The notes below the pieces were generated by a model. The model was not told the origin of the DNA and did not search any database. It saw nothing but the letters and a program-made list of their open reading frames with translations. 19,999 bases of DNA, from contig JBCCWC010000249.1 in assembly GCA_039194325.1 (NCBI GenBank), positions 1 to 19,999 on the forward strand, given 5' to 3'. This document shows positions 7,627 to 15,207 of the stretch, in pieces (position 1 is the stretch's first letter; the number at the start of each line of letters is the position of its first letter). Source of the stretch: Myxococcota bacterium (lineage in GTDB: Bacteria > Myxococcota_A > Polyangia > Nannocystales > Nannocystaceae). The translations under genes were made by a program, and so were the position numbers.

Positions 7627-9378
7627 TCAGGGGAGCTGAAGCAGGGGAGTGGCCATGACCTTCTCCACCCACCCGGTACGGGCCGGCCCCGCCGCGGCGG
7701 GCGGAGGAGCCTCGAGCGTCGTCTGTAGCACCCGCGGCACCTGGTAGGGATCGTCGAACTGCTCGACGGTCACCACCGAGAAGGGCACCCCGAGGGCACG
7801 CGCACAGTCGGTCACCGTGCGGCCGCGGTGGTAGGCGACGTTGAGGATCAGCGCCATGGCCGATACGTCGTAGCGGCACTGTTCGAACATCTGCGCCAGC
7901 CGGGTGCCGTCCTCACCGTCCTCGTCACCCACGACGAACACGACGAGCTTGGCCCCCGGAGGGATCCGAACACCCGCACTAGCCAAGGCACTGACGGCCG
8001 CGAGGTGCATGGTGCCACCGCCCGCCTTGACCCCGGACAGCATGTGCTTGACCCCGGCCCGCGAGGTCGCCTTGAGCTGGTGCACCATGCCCATCGTGTC
8101 GAAGCTGGCGATGTGCAGCCGATCGGCGGGGAAGCCGGCGAGGATCCGGCTGAGCGCCTCGACCGACTTGTCCAGAGCGCCCTGCATGGATCCAGACCGG
8201 TCGATCAAGAACATCACGTGGATGTCCTGGCCGTCGCTGGCCTCGTCCACGGCCTTGGCGGCCGCCTTGTCGGCGGACGCTTCGAGCCGCTCGCGGAGCT
8301 CCTTGCTGCGGACGTTCTTGGCGATGTTGATTCCTCGCTGGTCGGTGGCCGCCTCGATGGCGCGCTCCCACGCCTGGCGGATCGACGGCTCGGACATCAG
8401 CCCGAGCTCCTCGAGCGTGGGCGTGAGCCGACGGAGATCCCGAGAGGAGAGCGACGGGAGCAACGCGACCATGATCGCCGGGGTCAGGCCGACGTCCGGC
8501 GGTAGCCGGCCCACGACCTCCGTGTAGCGAAGGCCTCGGGTCACGATGATCTCGCAGATCTCCGCCTCGCTCAGGCCATCGAAGCGCTCGCGCTTCTCCA
8601 ACGTGAGGCCCTCCAGACCCAGGGTTCGGTGGCCGCCAGCGGCCTGCGCCTGCTTCCAGCCCAGCACCGCGAAGAAGCGCTCGGACTTGGGCTTGTAGCG
8701 TACCTTGCGGGCGATCGTCTTGATCGTCTCCTTGTAGCCGGCTCGCACGAGACCTTCGAGCATCGGCGGGTTGTCCTCGCGGATCTCCAGCCACCGAGTG
8801 GCCGCCTTGGCCCAGCGACCGAGCGCGGGCTTGCGCGAGGTGGACGCGGCGAAGCCCGCCGCGCGGTTGAGCTCGGCGACCGGCTCACACTCGAGCAGCT
8901 GAGCGATCCGCAGCACCGCCTTGGGCGTGAGCATACGCGGCGACTTGCGCTCGTAGTGAAGCACCATGGCCTCGCCGATCGCCCGCAGGTCGTCGTCGTA
9001 GAACGCAAGCGTGCCGTCGTCGTCGACCACCGGCTGTCCCGCGCGGGGCTGCACGAGCATCAGCGCGGCACAGGCGACCTTGAGATCTCGCCAGTCCGTC
9101 TGCGTGAGCGCGTAGCTGGCGAAGTGGGCCATCAGATCGTGGTTGAGCTCATGGATCGCCAATAGCCGACCGTAGAGATCCTCGGCGGCGGGCACGAAGA
9201 GCCCCGGAGCGACGAGCCGACCGCGGGTGCGCCGGCCCTTGCGCGGGCTCCACTGGCCGTTGGCCTCCACACCCGGGCGGTTGTGCCACAGGTGCGCGGA
9301 TGCGTTGAGCACGGTGTCGAGCAAGCGCTCGGCGGGACCGAGCTGCTCTCGTGGGAGCGCGGCGACGTCGTTGGTCAC
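7627..9378 (-). CDS. rsr: TROVE + vWA protein (Ro60 / Rsr-like)
   Basis: Start set at GTG 9378, preceded by GAGGAGAAGTCCC. The C-terminal vWA has a MIDAS motif (VMFLIDRSGSMQ ... GGGT ... VVFVVGDEDGEDG). The helical N-terminal region has Ro60-like landmarks: DLKVACAALMLVQ; ALGRWAKAATRWL, cf. WGRALRKAIADWY; and RKVRYKPKS, cf. LSHLKPSS. Y-RNA-like genes lie directly upstream on the same strand. Confidence 0.6.
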   Translation of the reverse strand: MTNDVAALPREQLGPAERLLDTVLNASAHLWHNRPGVEANGQWSPRKGRRTRGRLVAPGLFVPAAEDLYGRLLAIHELNHDLMAHFASYALTQTDWRDLKVACAALMLVQPRAGQPVVDDDGTLAFYDDDLRAIGEAMVLHYERKSPRMLTPKAVLRIAQLLECEPVAELNRAAGFAASTSRKPALGRWAKAATRWLEIREDNPPMLEGLVRAGYKETIKTIARKVRYKPKSERFFAVLGWKQAQAAGGHRTLGLEGLTLEKRERFDGLSEAEICEIIVTRGLRYTEVVGRLPPDVGLTPAIMVALLPSLSSRDLRRLTPTLEELGLMSEPSIRQAWERAIEAATDQRGINIAKNVRSKELRERLEASADKAAAKAVDEASDGQDIHVMFLIDRSGSMQGALDKSVEALSRILAGFPADRLHIASFDTMGMVHQLKATSRAGVKHMLSGVKAGGGTMHLAAVSALASAGVRIPPGAKLVVFVVGDEDGEDGTRLAQMFEQCRYDVSAMALILNVAYHRGRTVTDCARALGVPFSVVTVEQFDDPYQVPRVLQTTLEAPPPAAAGPARTGWVEKVMATPLLQLP

Positions 9379-9392
9379 GGGACTTCTCCTCG

Positions 9393-9473
9393 TCGATCGG
9401 GGGTGGTCGATCGGGGGTGGTCGATCGGGGGTGGTCGACCGAGATGGTCGACCGAGATGGTCGACCAGAGTGG
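9393..9473. repeat. Six contiguous 13-14 nt direct repeats (3x TCGATCGGGGGTGG, 2x TCGACCGAGATGG, 1x TCGACCAGAGTGG)
   Basis: Read directly. Units are at 9393-9406, 9407-9420, 9421-9434, 9435-9447, 9448-9460 and 9461-9473. The block lies 15 nt upstream of the proposed rsr-like GTG, in its 5' leader. Confidence 0.9.
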
Positions 9474-9514
9474 TCAAGAGGGATGAGAATTCAAGATCGG
9501 GACAAGAACCATCA

Positions 9515-9568
9515 GAGCCCGGCTCGGACCGGAGCGTGGCGAGACGCTCGACGGCCCGAGCCGGGCTC
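9515..9568 (-). promoter_or_regulatory. Long perfect hairpin in the rsr-like 5' leader
   Basis: GAGCCCGGCTCGG (9515-9527) pairs perfectly with CCGAGCCGGGCTC (9556-9568). An inner hairpin GAGCGT/ACGCTC sits inside. A second hairpin at 9623-9636 reads CGGGC-UUCG-GCCCG on the minus strand. Confidence 0.35.
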
Positions 9569-9653
9569 GATCTACCGGACGACCGCCCGCCTCGAATCGG
9601 CAAAGGCAGGCCGCGTCGACCTCGGGCCGAAGCCCGGGCTGTTGATGACAAGG

Positions 9654-9776
9654 AAAAAGTGCGCGCCCGAGTGGTCGAGTCGTAGTGGTTGCTCGTACCT
9701 GAAACGAGTCCAGCGTATTAGGCCGGTGTCAGATGCCTCTGACGGGTGCGTGTAGGACTCGACCGAGAGGGCGCGC
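9654..9776 (-). ncRNA. Y-RNA-like / tRNA-like cloverleaf RNA (YrlB-like), stem-closed and U-tailed
   Basis: The minus strand reads GCGCGCCC-UCUCG-GUCGAGUC-CUACACGCACCC-[GUCAGA GGCA UCUGAC]-A-[CCGGC CUAAUAC GCUGG]-A-[CUCGU UUCAGGU ACGAG]-CAACCACUACG-GACUCGAC-CACUC-GGGCGCGC-ACUUUUU. Two terminal helices (8 bp each) are separated by a 5x5 internal loop. Three hairpins follow, two with 7-nt loops, then a U tract. Confidence 0.55.
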
Positions 9777-9831
9777 GAAGATCGTGGGTCGTGCGATGCG
9801 GAGCTTTGGGGATCGACGTGAAAGTTGCTAC

Positions 9832-9991
9832 AAAAAAAGTGCACGCCCGAGTGGACCAATCGTGGGGAAGTATTTCCCTCGATTAATAATCGAGTGCTCT
9901 ACCACTGAGCTATCGCCCCGCGTAGTGGAGCGAGTTGGATTCGAACCAACGACAACTTGAGTGCGTGTAGGATTGAGCCGAGTGGGCGTGC
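9832..9991 (-). ncRNA. Y-RNA-like RNA (YrlA-like) carrying a circularly permuted tRNA-Ala-like module
   Basis: The minus strand reads GCACGCCC-ACUCGG-CUCAAUC-CUACACGCACUCAAGUUGUC-[GUUGG UUCGAAU CCAAC]-UCGCUCC-ACUACGC-GGGGCGA-UA-[GCUC AGUGGUA GAGC]-A-[CUCGA UUAUUAA UCGAG]-[GGAA AUAC UUCC]-CCAC-GAUUGG-UCCACUC-GGGCGUGC-ACUUUUUUU. The T arm and 3' acceptor strand come before the 5' acceptor strand, D arm and anticodon-like arm. The acceptor helix GGGGCGA/UCGCUCC has a G3:U70 pair. The terminal 8-bp helix and flanks are paralogous to 9654-9776. Confidence 0.65.
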
Positions 9992-10017
9992 GAAGGTCAT
10001 GTCGCGTCGAGGGCATG

Positions 10018-10050
10018 AAAAAAGCCGCCTCGACGCAGTGTCGGGCGGCT
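10018..10050 (-). terminator. Intrinsic-terminator-like hairpin plus U6 on the minus strand
   Basis: The minus strand reads AGCCGCC-CGAC-ACUGC-GUCG-A-GGCGGC-UUUUUU. The plus strand shows an A6 run at 10018-10023, GCCGCC at 10024-10029 and GGCGGC at 10044-10049. There is no T tract on the plus-strand side. Confidence 0.5.
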
Positions 10051-10376
10051 CCGTGCCTGCCAAGCAGTGCGACGGAACCGCTAGAGGGCGCCCCCCTTCA
10101 TGCGTTGGCCAGCAATGGCCAGGGCATGTGTCGAATTTCGCGTAGAGGAACGCATGGTCGAGACTGGTGTACGACCCAAATTCGAGGTCGTCAAGGAGGA
10201 TTCGACCACTTTTTCTCTGGGTCCGTCATCCAAGGGGCGAGCCCGGGCGCACCGTGGCACGGCCGCGCAGACTGCGTCCCGACCACACGACGGTCGACCA
10301 AGGGTTGATGGTAGGGTCTCATCGCGCCGCGACACCCGGTCGGACCGAGGACCCTGCTGCGGTATCCTGCGCACGG

Positions 10377-12059
10377 ATGGTCCGACCACGAGGATTCGTC
10401 GAGCGTTTCCAGGACAAGCGGTGGAGCTACGAACGGCTGGCCGATCTCGTGCGTCGCTATTTAGCGTGGCAAGTCGAATGCTGGCGACCAAAGAGCGGCC
10501 TGCCGCTGTTACACCTTACTCAGGCTCGGGCAAAAGACCCCAGGTCGTTACAGCGCAACCTCGATCGTGCTCAAAGATACAAAAAAGAGCCGACCTGCCT
10601 CCACGACGTAGGGGACCTAGCGGCGGCCCGCCTGATCTTCTACTTTCGAACCGATCTCGACGAGTTCTGCGAGTATGCAAACACGCAGCTCTCCCGTTGG
10701 TTTGGCGAATCGTCGAAACTAGAGGACATGCGCAGTCCCGGCATGCAGGACAAGGTACGGGAGGTCTTCGGATACGATTCGTACCATCTCGACATCGAGG
10801 TGACGCCCGAGACCGACCTGTTTGACCACCTGCGACCAGAAGACCAAGAGATATTCGAGCAAGATGGCGAGGAGGGCGCGTTTCGGTGCGAGGTACAGCT
10901 ACGTACGATCCTTCAGCATGCGTGGGCGGAGGCCGAGCACGACATCGGGTACAAGGGCGTCCCCTTGGATCCGCGCGAGCGGCGTCTTTGGGGGACGCTC
11001 TCCGCAATGCTAGAGGGTGCCGATCATTTGCTCGGGGAGCGTCTCACCAAGGTATCCAAGGCGGCGGCCCGGAGCAAAGTAGAATCGACCTGGAAGTGGT
11101 CCTACGACGGCGAGAGCTTGCCCGACTCCGTATTCACGCGTAATGATGTCCGCTTCCGCTACGAACTCCTGGACAAGGGGCCCAAAGATCCCACCATCGA
11201 ACGAGCTTGGACGCTGTTCGACCTGAACAAAGCGATGAGAGGAATCATCGACGAGAGTTTCAAGCAGCAAGTGTGGTCCGCCCTCCAAGCCGAGGAGCCG
11301 GAGTTCCTGGCCAGCTTTCGTCACGACAGCACCGTGGCCAGGGTTCAGGGATTCGATAGACACACGCGCGTCATCACGGTGCAACCCGCCCAATACTCGG
11401 ACCAGATGGTGACCAACCACCGCCATGCCGCAAAGCAAGGCATCCCCGGCGACGGAAAGACGGTCGGTGACCTGGCGCGAAGCGAAGATGGAGCACTCCT
11501 CCCGTTCGACACCTCCCCCCTTTCGAACACGATTGGCGTCGCCTGTATGCTGCGTACGGCCGAGCAGTCGTGGGTGGTGACGGTTCGTGGCTATCACGTC
11601 GCGTTCGAGCCAGGGAAGGCTGGCTGCTCAGCCTCTGGCGCCCTAGAATGGGTCGAGCCAGACAGCTGGAACGGTGGAGATCTACGGAGCTGGGTATGTG
11701 AGGGTCTAGCCCAAGAGTTCCACCAAGAGCTTGGTTTCAGACCCATAGTTCAAGAATTCGTATATCTGGGCTTTGCCCGAGAGCTAGACCGGTTCGGGAA
11801 GCCGCAATTCTTCTTCCTGCTCGACAGCAATCTACACCAACGCCAGATTGAAGGCTCGTGGAAGCTGTATGCCGATGAGGGAGCAGCACGTGAGCACTCG
11901 ACGCTGCTGTTCCTTGACCACGGCAAGGCCAAAACGCTGGCGTCGAAGGACTCCAGTGACGTTCGCGATGCGTTGTCGACAACAGCAGGCGGCACGCCTC
12001 CCGAACCGAGCGAGGAGCTCCGAATGAACTTGGCCCTGGCCCTCGATCACCTCTCGTGA
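10377..12059 (+). CDS. RelA/SpoT-domain (small alarmone synthetase-like) nucleotidyltransferase fused to a degenerate Nudix-like C-terminal domain
   Basis: Synthetase motifs are present: ARAKDPRSLQRNL, DLAAARLIFYF, YHLDIEV and CEVQLRTILQHAWAEAEHDIGYKG. The C-terminal ~200 aa shows a Nudix-fold pattern (IGVACMLRT..WVVTVRG...PGKAGCSASGALE...LAQEFHQELGF). QEFHQE replaces the catalytic REUxEE box. ATG 10377 is preferred; ATG 10308 and GTG 10167 are alternatives, but their extensions are R/P-rich. Confidence 0.8.
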   Translation: MVRPRGFVERFQDKRWSYERLADLVRRYLAWQVECWRPKSGLPLLHLTQARAKDPRSLQRNLDRAQRYKKEPTCLHDVGDLAAARLIFYFRTDLDEFCEYANTQLSRWFGESSKLEDMRSPGMQDKVREVFGYDSYHLDIEVTPETDLFDHLRPEDQEIFEQDGEEGAFRCEVQLRTILQHAWAEAEHDIGYKGVPLDPRERRLWGTLSAMLEGADHLLGERLTKVSKAAARSKVESTWKWSYDGESLPDSVFTRNDVRFRYELLDKGPKDPTIERAWTLFDLNKAMRGIIDESFKQQVWSALQAEEPEFLASFRHDSTVARVQGFDRHTRVITVQPAQYSDQMVTNHRHAAKQGIPGDGKTVGDLARSEDGALLPFDTSPLSNTIGVACMLRTAEQSWVVTVRGYHVAFEPGKAGCSASGALEWVEPDSWNGGDLRSWVCEGLAQEFHQELGFRPIVQEFVYLGFARELDRFGKPQFFFLLDSNLHQRQIEGSWKLYADEGAAREHSTLLFLDHGKAKTLASKDSSDVRDALSTTAGGTPPEPSEELRMNLALALDHLS

Positions 12060-12090
12060 GCGGGCCACCGAACCACCGAACCAAGCACAC

Positions 12091-15000
12091 TCAGGGGCGC
12101 CCCGAGTCCCCGAGCCAGCGATCGAGCGCCTGAGCTTCATCCACGAAGGCAACGCCGAGGGCCTGGTAGCTTTGTCGAGCCAACATCGCGAGACGGCGAG
12201 CCGCCTTTGGGATCGTCGAGCCCTGGTGCTCACACTCGGCAGACAGCTCGGGATCGCAACGAGCGTAAACGCGAGCCAGCCCGGCCTGGATGCAACCCCG
12301 TAGCGGGTGATCGTCATCGAACGAACCGAGCAAGGACAACCCCTGCTCGAGATCTCGGGCGGCCGCGGCCCAGTCTCCGTGGCGAGCCTGCGCCGTGGCA
12401 CGCAGGCGATACACCGGGGCGAGCACGGGAGTCTCGTAGGAGACCGAGCGACCGATGAGCTCGTGAGCGCGATCTAGAGCCGCGAGCGCATCGCGGTGGG
12501 CACCCGACTCAAGAGCCACCGCCCCGATCCACCGGAAGGTCGAGCCCAGCTCGAACTCGAAATTCAAGCCGTGCTCGAGCAAGGATCGCGCGCGCTCCAA
12601 GGAAGCCGCCGCGTCCGACCAGTGCGCGGAGTCCAGCTCGAACCAAGCGCGCCCCAGGGATCGGTGGGAGATCCCGGTCATGGGCGAGTCCGACCCGTGG
12701 ATCTTTTCGGCCAAGGCCAGGGCTCGACGATGCCGAGCCATGCCTTCCTCGGTTCGACCCAAGCCGATCAGCGCCCGACCGATCGTGTGGTCGAGCCCGA
12801 CGACCAATGCATGCTCGGGGCCAAGCTGATCCTCCACGAGAGCTCGACCACGCTCGGCGAGCTCGAGGGCCCGTGCATGGTCTCGGCGCTCGAGGGCCAG
12901 CTCGGCCAACATGTCCAGATCGGGCACCATGTCCGCCGAGAGCGCTGGCTGTTCCTGGTGCAGAGCAACCGAGCCCTCAAAGATCGTTCGGGCCTCGGTG
13001 TGCCGCCCTTGTTGCCATAACGCCATCCCCAGCGGGTAACGATAGCGAGGGATCAGCGGATGCGCGGGGCCGAGGACCTCTTGCGCGAGCGCCAAGGCCG
13101 AGGTGGCGAGCGTCTCGGCCTTCGACAGATCTCCGACCTCCACGGCCAGGTTCGCCAGGTTGATGCGAACCGCCGACATCGCGAAGCGCCCCCGAAGCCC
13201 CCAGGCCTGGGCATGACCGAGCGCTTCTTCATAGGACTCGAACGCGCGCTCAACATCGCCGCGCCTGACGTAGGCGATGGCCAGGTTGTTGGCCAATAGC
13301 CAGCGTAGGCGCTCGTCGGCGGAGGTCCGCCGCATCAGAGCACGAGCGTGAGCCTCGTCGTCGGCCGTGTGCTCGGGCCGCGCGAGCCAGTTCGCTCGCA
13401 CATAGACCCGCCGGGCCAAGGCCTCGATTGCGATCGGATGATGCCCCGCTCCCACGGCCGCCCAGAGCGCCTCACCGAGCAGAGCATCCGCGCGCTCGGG
13501 CTCCCGCTCCTGTCGCGCCGCTCCCTGCTGTAGAGCGGCTTCGGCAAGTAGAGGCGGGTAGCCGACCGACTCGGCCTGCTCGCGAGCGTCGTCGGCCAAG
13601 GACATGGCACGTTCGTACTGCCCGAGATCCCCCTGCACGCGGGCGCGTGCAAGGAGCCGACGAAGCTCTCCGACCCGAGCGAGCTGCGTCGGATCGTCCG
13701 GCGGCGGCAGATCGGCCGTCAGCGCGTTCAGATCGGCACAGCGCGTCAGTGAAGGCAGACCACCGACCGCCTCAGCGGCGTGAAGCACGACCTGCTCGTC
13801 CGCGCGGACGAGCATGCTCACCAGCGCCTCGAAGCTCGCCATCCGTGACTCGAGGCAGATCGTCCGTAGATCGAACAACGCTCGGCTCTGTAGCCCTCGT
13901 GCATGGGCCCGACAGGCCTCGGTGCTGCCCTCGACCCAGTCTTCGGCGTAGGCATCAAGCGGCGTAGACAGACGAGACCAAGTGTCGGGAGCATAGGGAA
14001 CCCCGCTAGCCAAGACCCCATGGTGTGCGGCCTGACGGCGCTCATCGCCCCAGACCTCGTCGATGATCGCACGGCGTCCCTCACATGGATCCGGGGTGTC
14101 ACCGCCAAGGGCCATGACACCGAGCGAGATCGCGGACACGAGCCCAGCCGCGGTGACTCCTAGCAACCATCGCCGTCGCGCCCGCCCCGGATCGCGCTCG
14201 AGGGCCTCGAGCAGCGCGCTCATCGATGGGAAGCGCTCGCTCGGCTCCTTTGCCAATCCCCGCAGACAGACCGCCTCGAGCCACCGCGGCACGCTCGCGC
14301 CCTCGGGGACATGCACCCAGGACGAGCCCCGCGACCCCTGGGCCATCAGCAGATCGCGTCCACTGCGGCGCGGCAGCTGACCATAGAGCGCCTGATACAG
14401 CGACACGCAAAAGCTGAACTGGTCGGACCCCGAGGTCACAGGCTGGCCGAGCAGCAGCTCGGGCGCCATGTAGGCGGGCGTACCCGCGAGCGAACCGCCC
14501 ACGGTCGTAGCGGCCGCGGTCGTAGCGGCCGTGCGATCGTCAACCCCCGGCACCGAGCTCGGCTCGGTACCCCCGGTGTCGTTGGTGGAACGATTGGGGA
14601 TCGCCAAGCCGAAATCGAGCACCTTCACCGCCCCATCGTCGCCGAGGATGACGTTGTGGGGCTTGAAATCGCGGTGCACGAGACCGGCGGCATGCGCCGC
14701 AGCGAGCCCTTGGCCGGCCTTGCGAAATACCGCCAGCACCTCCGACCACGAACGAGGCGATCCCTCGTGATCGATCCAGCGATCGAGGGATCGCCCGCGC
14801 ACGAACTCCATGGTCAAGAAGACTTGGCCGTCGTGCTCGCCGACCTCGTGGACGACGACGATGTTGGGGTGACAAAGTCGCGCCATCGCGCGCGCCTCCT
14901 CGAGGACCCGTGCGCGCCCGTCGTCGTCGACCGACGAGTGAAGCACTTTGACCGCGACCTTGCGATCGAGGACCTCGTCGTAGGCCGAGAAGACCGTACC

Positions 15001-15207
15001 CATGCCGCCAGCCCCAACGCGTTCGAGAATGACGAAGCGACCAACCTTGGTCGGCGACGGCGCTCGCCCAAAGAGCGAGGATTCGATCTCCTGCCGCATC
15101 CGCCGATACTCGACCCCGCGGTCGAGGGTTAGCCGCCGGGACTCGTGCTCGGACCCATCGGCGGTCGGAGCATCACCAAGATCGACCGGCGGCACGCCGG
15201 TCAGCAT
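12091..15207 (-). CDS. Ser/Thr protein kinase with TM segment and long TPR/tetratricopeptide-like C-terminal region
   Basis: Hanks-type motifs are present: GAGGMGTVF, VAVKVL, HRDFKPHNV, LDFGLA and TPAYMAPE. A hydrophobic segment (LLGVTAAGLVSAISLGVMAL) follows. The remaining ~650 aa are repetitive helical A/L/R-rich TPR-like sequence. ATG 15207 is preferred; TTG 15231 is possible. Confidence 0.85.
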   Translation of the reverse strand: MLTGVPPVDLGDAPTADGSEHESRRLTLDRGVEYRRMRQEIESSLFGRAPSPTKVGRFVILERVGAGGMGTVFSAYDEVLDRKVAVKVLHSSVDDDGRARVLEEARAMARLCHPNIVVVHEVGEHDGQVFLTMEFVRGRSLDRWIDHEGSPRSWSEVLAVFRKAGQGLAAAHAAGLVHRDFKPHNVILGDDGAVKVLDFGLAIPNRSTNDTGGTEPSSVPGVDDRTAATTAAATTVGGSLAGTPAYMAPELLLGQPVTSGSDQFSFCVSLYQALYGQLPRRSGRDLLMAQGSRGSSWVHVPEGASVPRWLEAVCLRGLAKEPSERFPSMSALLEALERDPGRARRRWLLGVTAAGLVSAISLGVMALGGDTPDPCEGRRAIIDEVWGDERRQAAHHGVLASGVPYAPDTWSRLSTPLDAYAEDWVEGSTEACRAHARGLQSRALFDLRTICLESRMASFEALVSMLVRADEQVVLHAAEAVGGLPSLTRCADLNALTADLPPPDDPTQLARVGELRRLLARARVQGDLGQYERAMSLADDAREQAESVGYPPLLAEAALQQGAARQEREPERADALLGEALWAAVGAGHHPIAIEALARRVYVRANWLARPEHTADDEAHARALMRRTSADERLRWLLANNLAIAYVRRGDVERAFESYEEALGHAQAWGLRGRFAMSAVRINLANLAVEVGDLSKAETLATSALALAQEVLGPAHPLIPRYRYPLGMALWQQGRHTEARTIFEGSVALHQEQPALSADMVPDLDMLAELALERRDHARALELAERGRALVEDQLGPEHALVVGLDHTIGRALIGLGRTEEGMARHRRALALAEKIHGSDSPMTGISHRSLGRAWFELDSAHWSDAAASLERARSLLEHGLNFEFELGSTFRWIGAVALESGAHRDALAALDRAHELIGRSVSYETPVLAPVYRLRATAQARHGDWAAAARDLEQGLSLLGSFDDDHPLRGCIQAGLARVYARCDPELSAECEHQGSTIPKAARRLAMLARQSYQALGVAFVDEAQALDRWLGDSGRP

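Noticed and set aside
9393-9473. Possible CRISPR array. The same question was asked of the repeats at 18394-18440, 18570-18593 and 18963-19015.
   Set aside because: The repeat units are 6-17 nt long and directly abut one another with no spacers. No cas genes are present. These are simple tandem repeats.
9860-9955. A conventional colinear tRNA gene, or a pair of broken tRNA fragments marking an integration (att) site.
   Set aside because: No colinear cloverleaf can be drawn. The 5' half has no T arm or 3' acceptor strand after it, and the T-arm fragment has no 5' half before it. The two halves complement each other perfectly, including G3:U70, in permuted order. They are enclosed by a terminal helix plus a U tract, which favours a single permuted tRNA-like RNA. 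An att-site duplication would normally leave a 3' fragment only.
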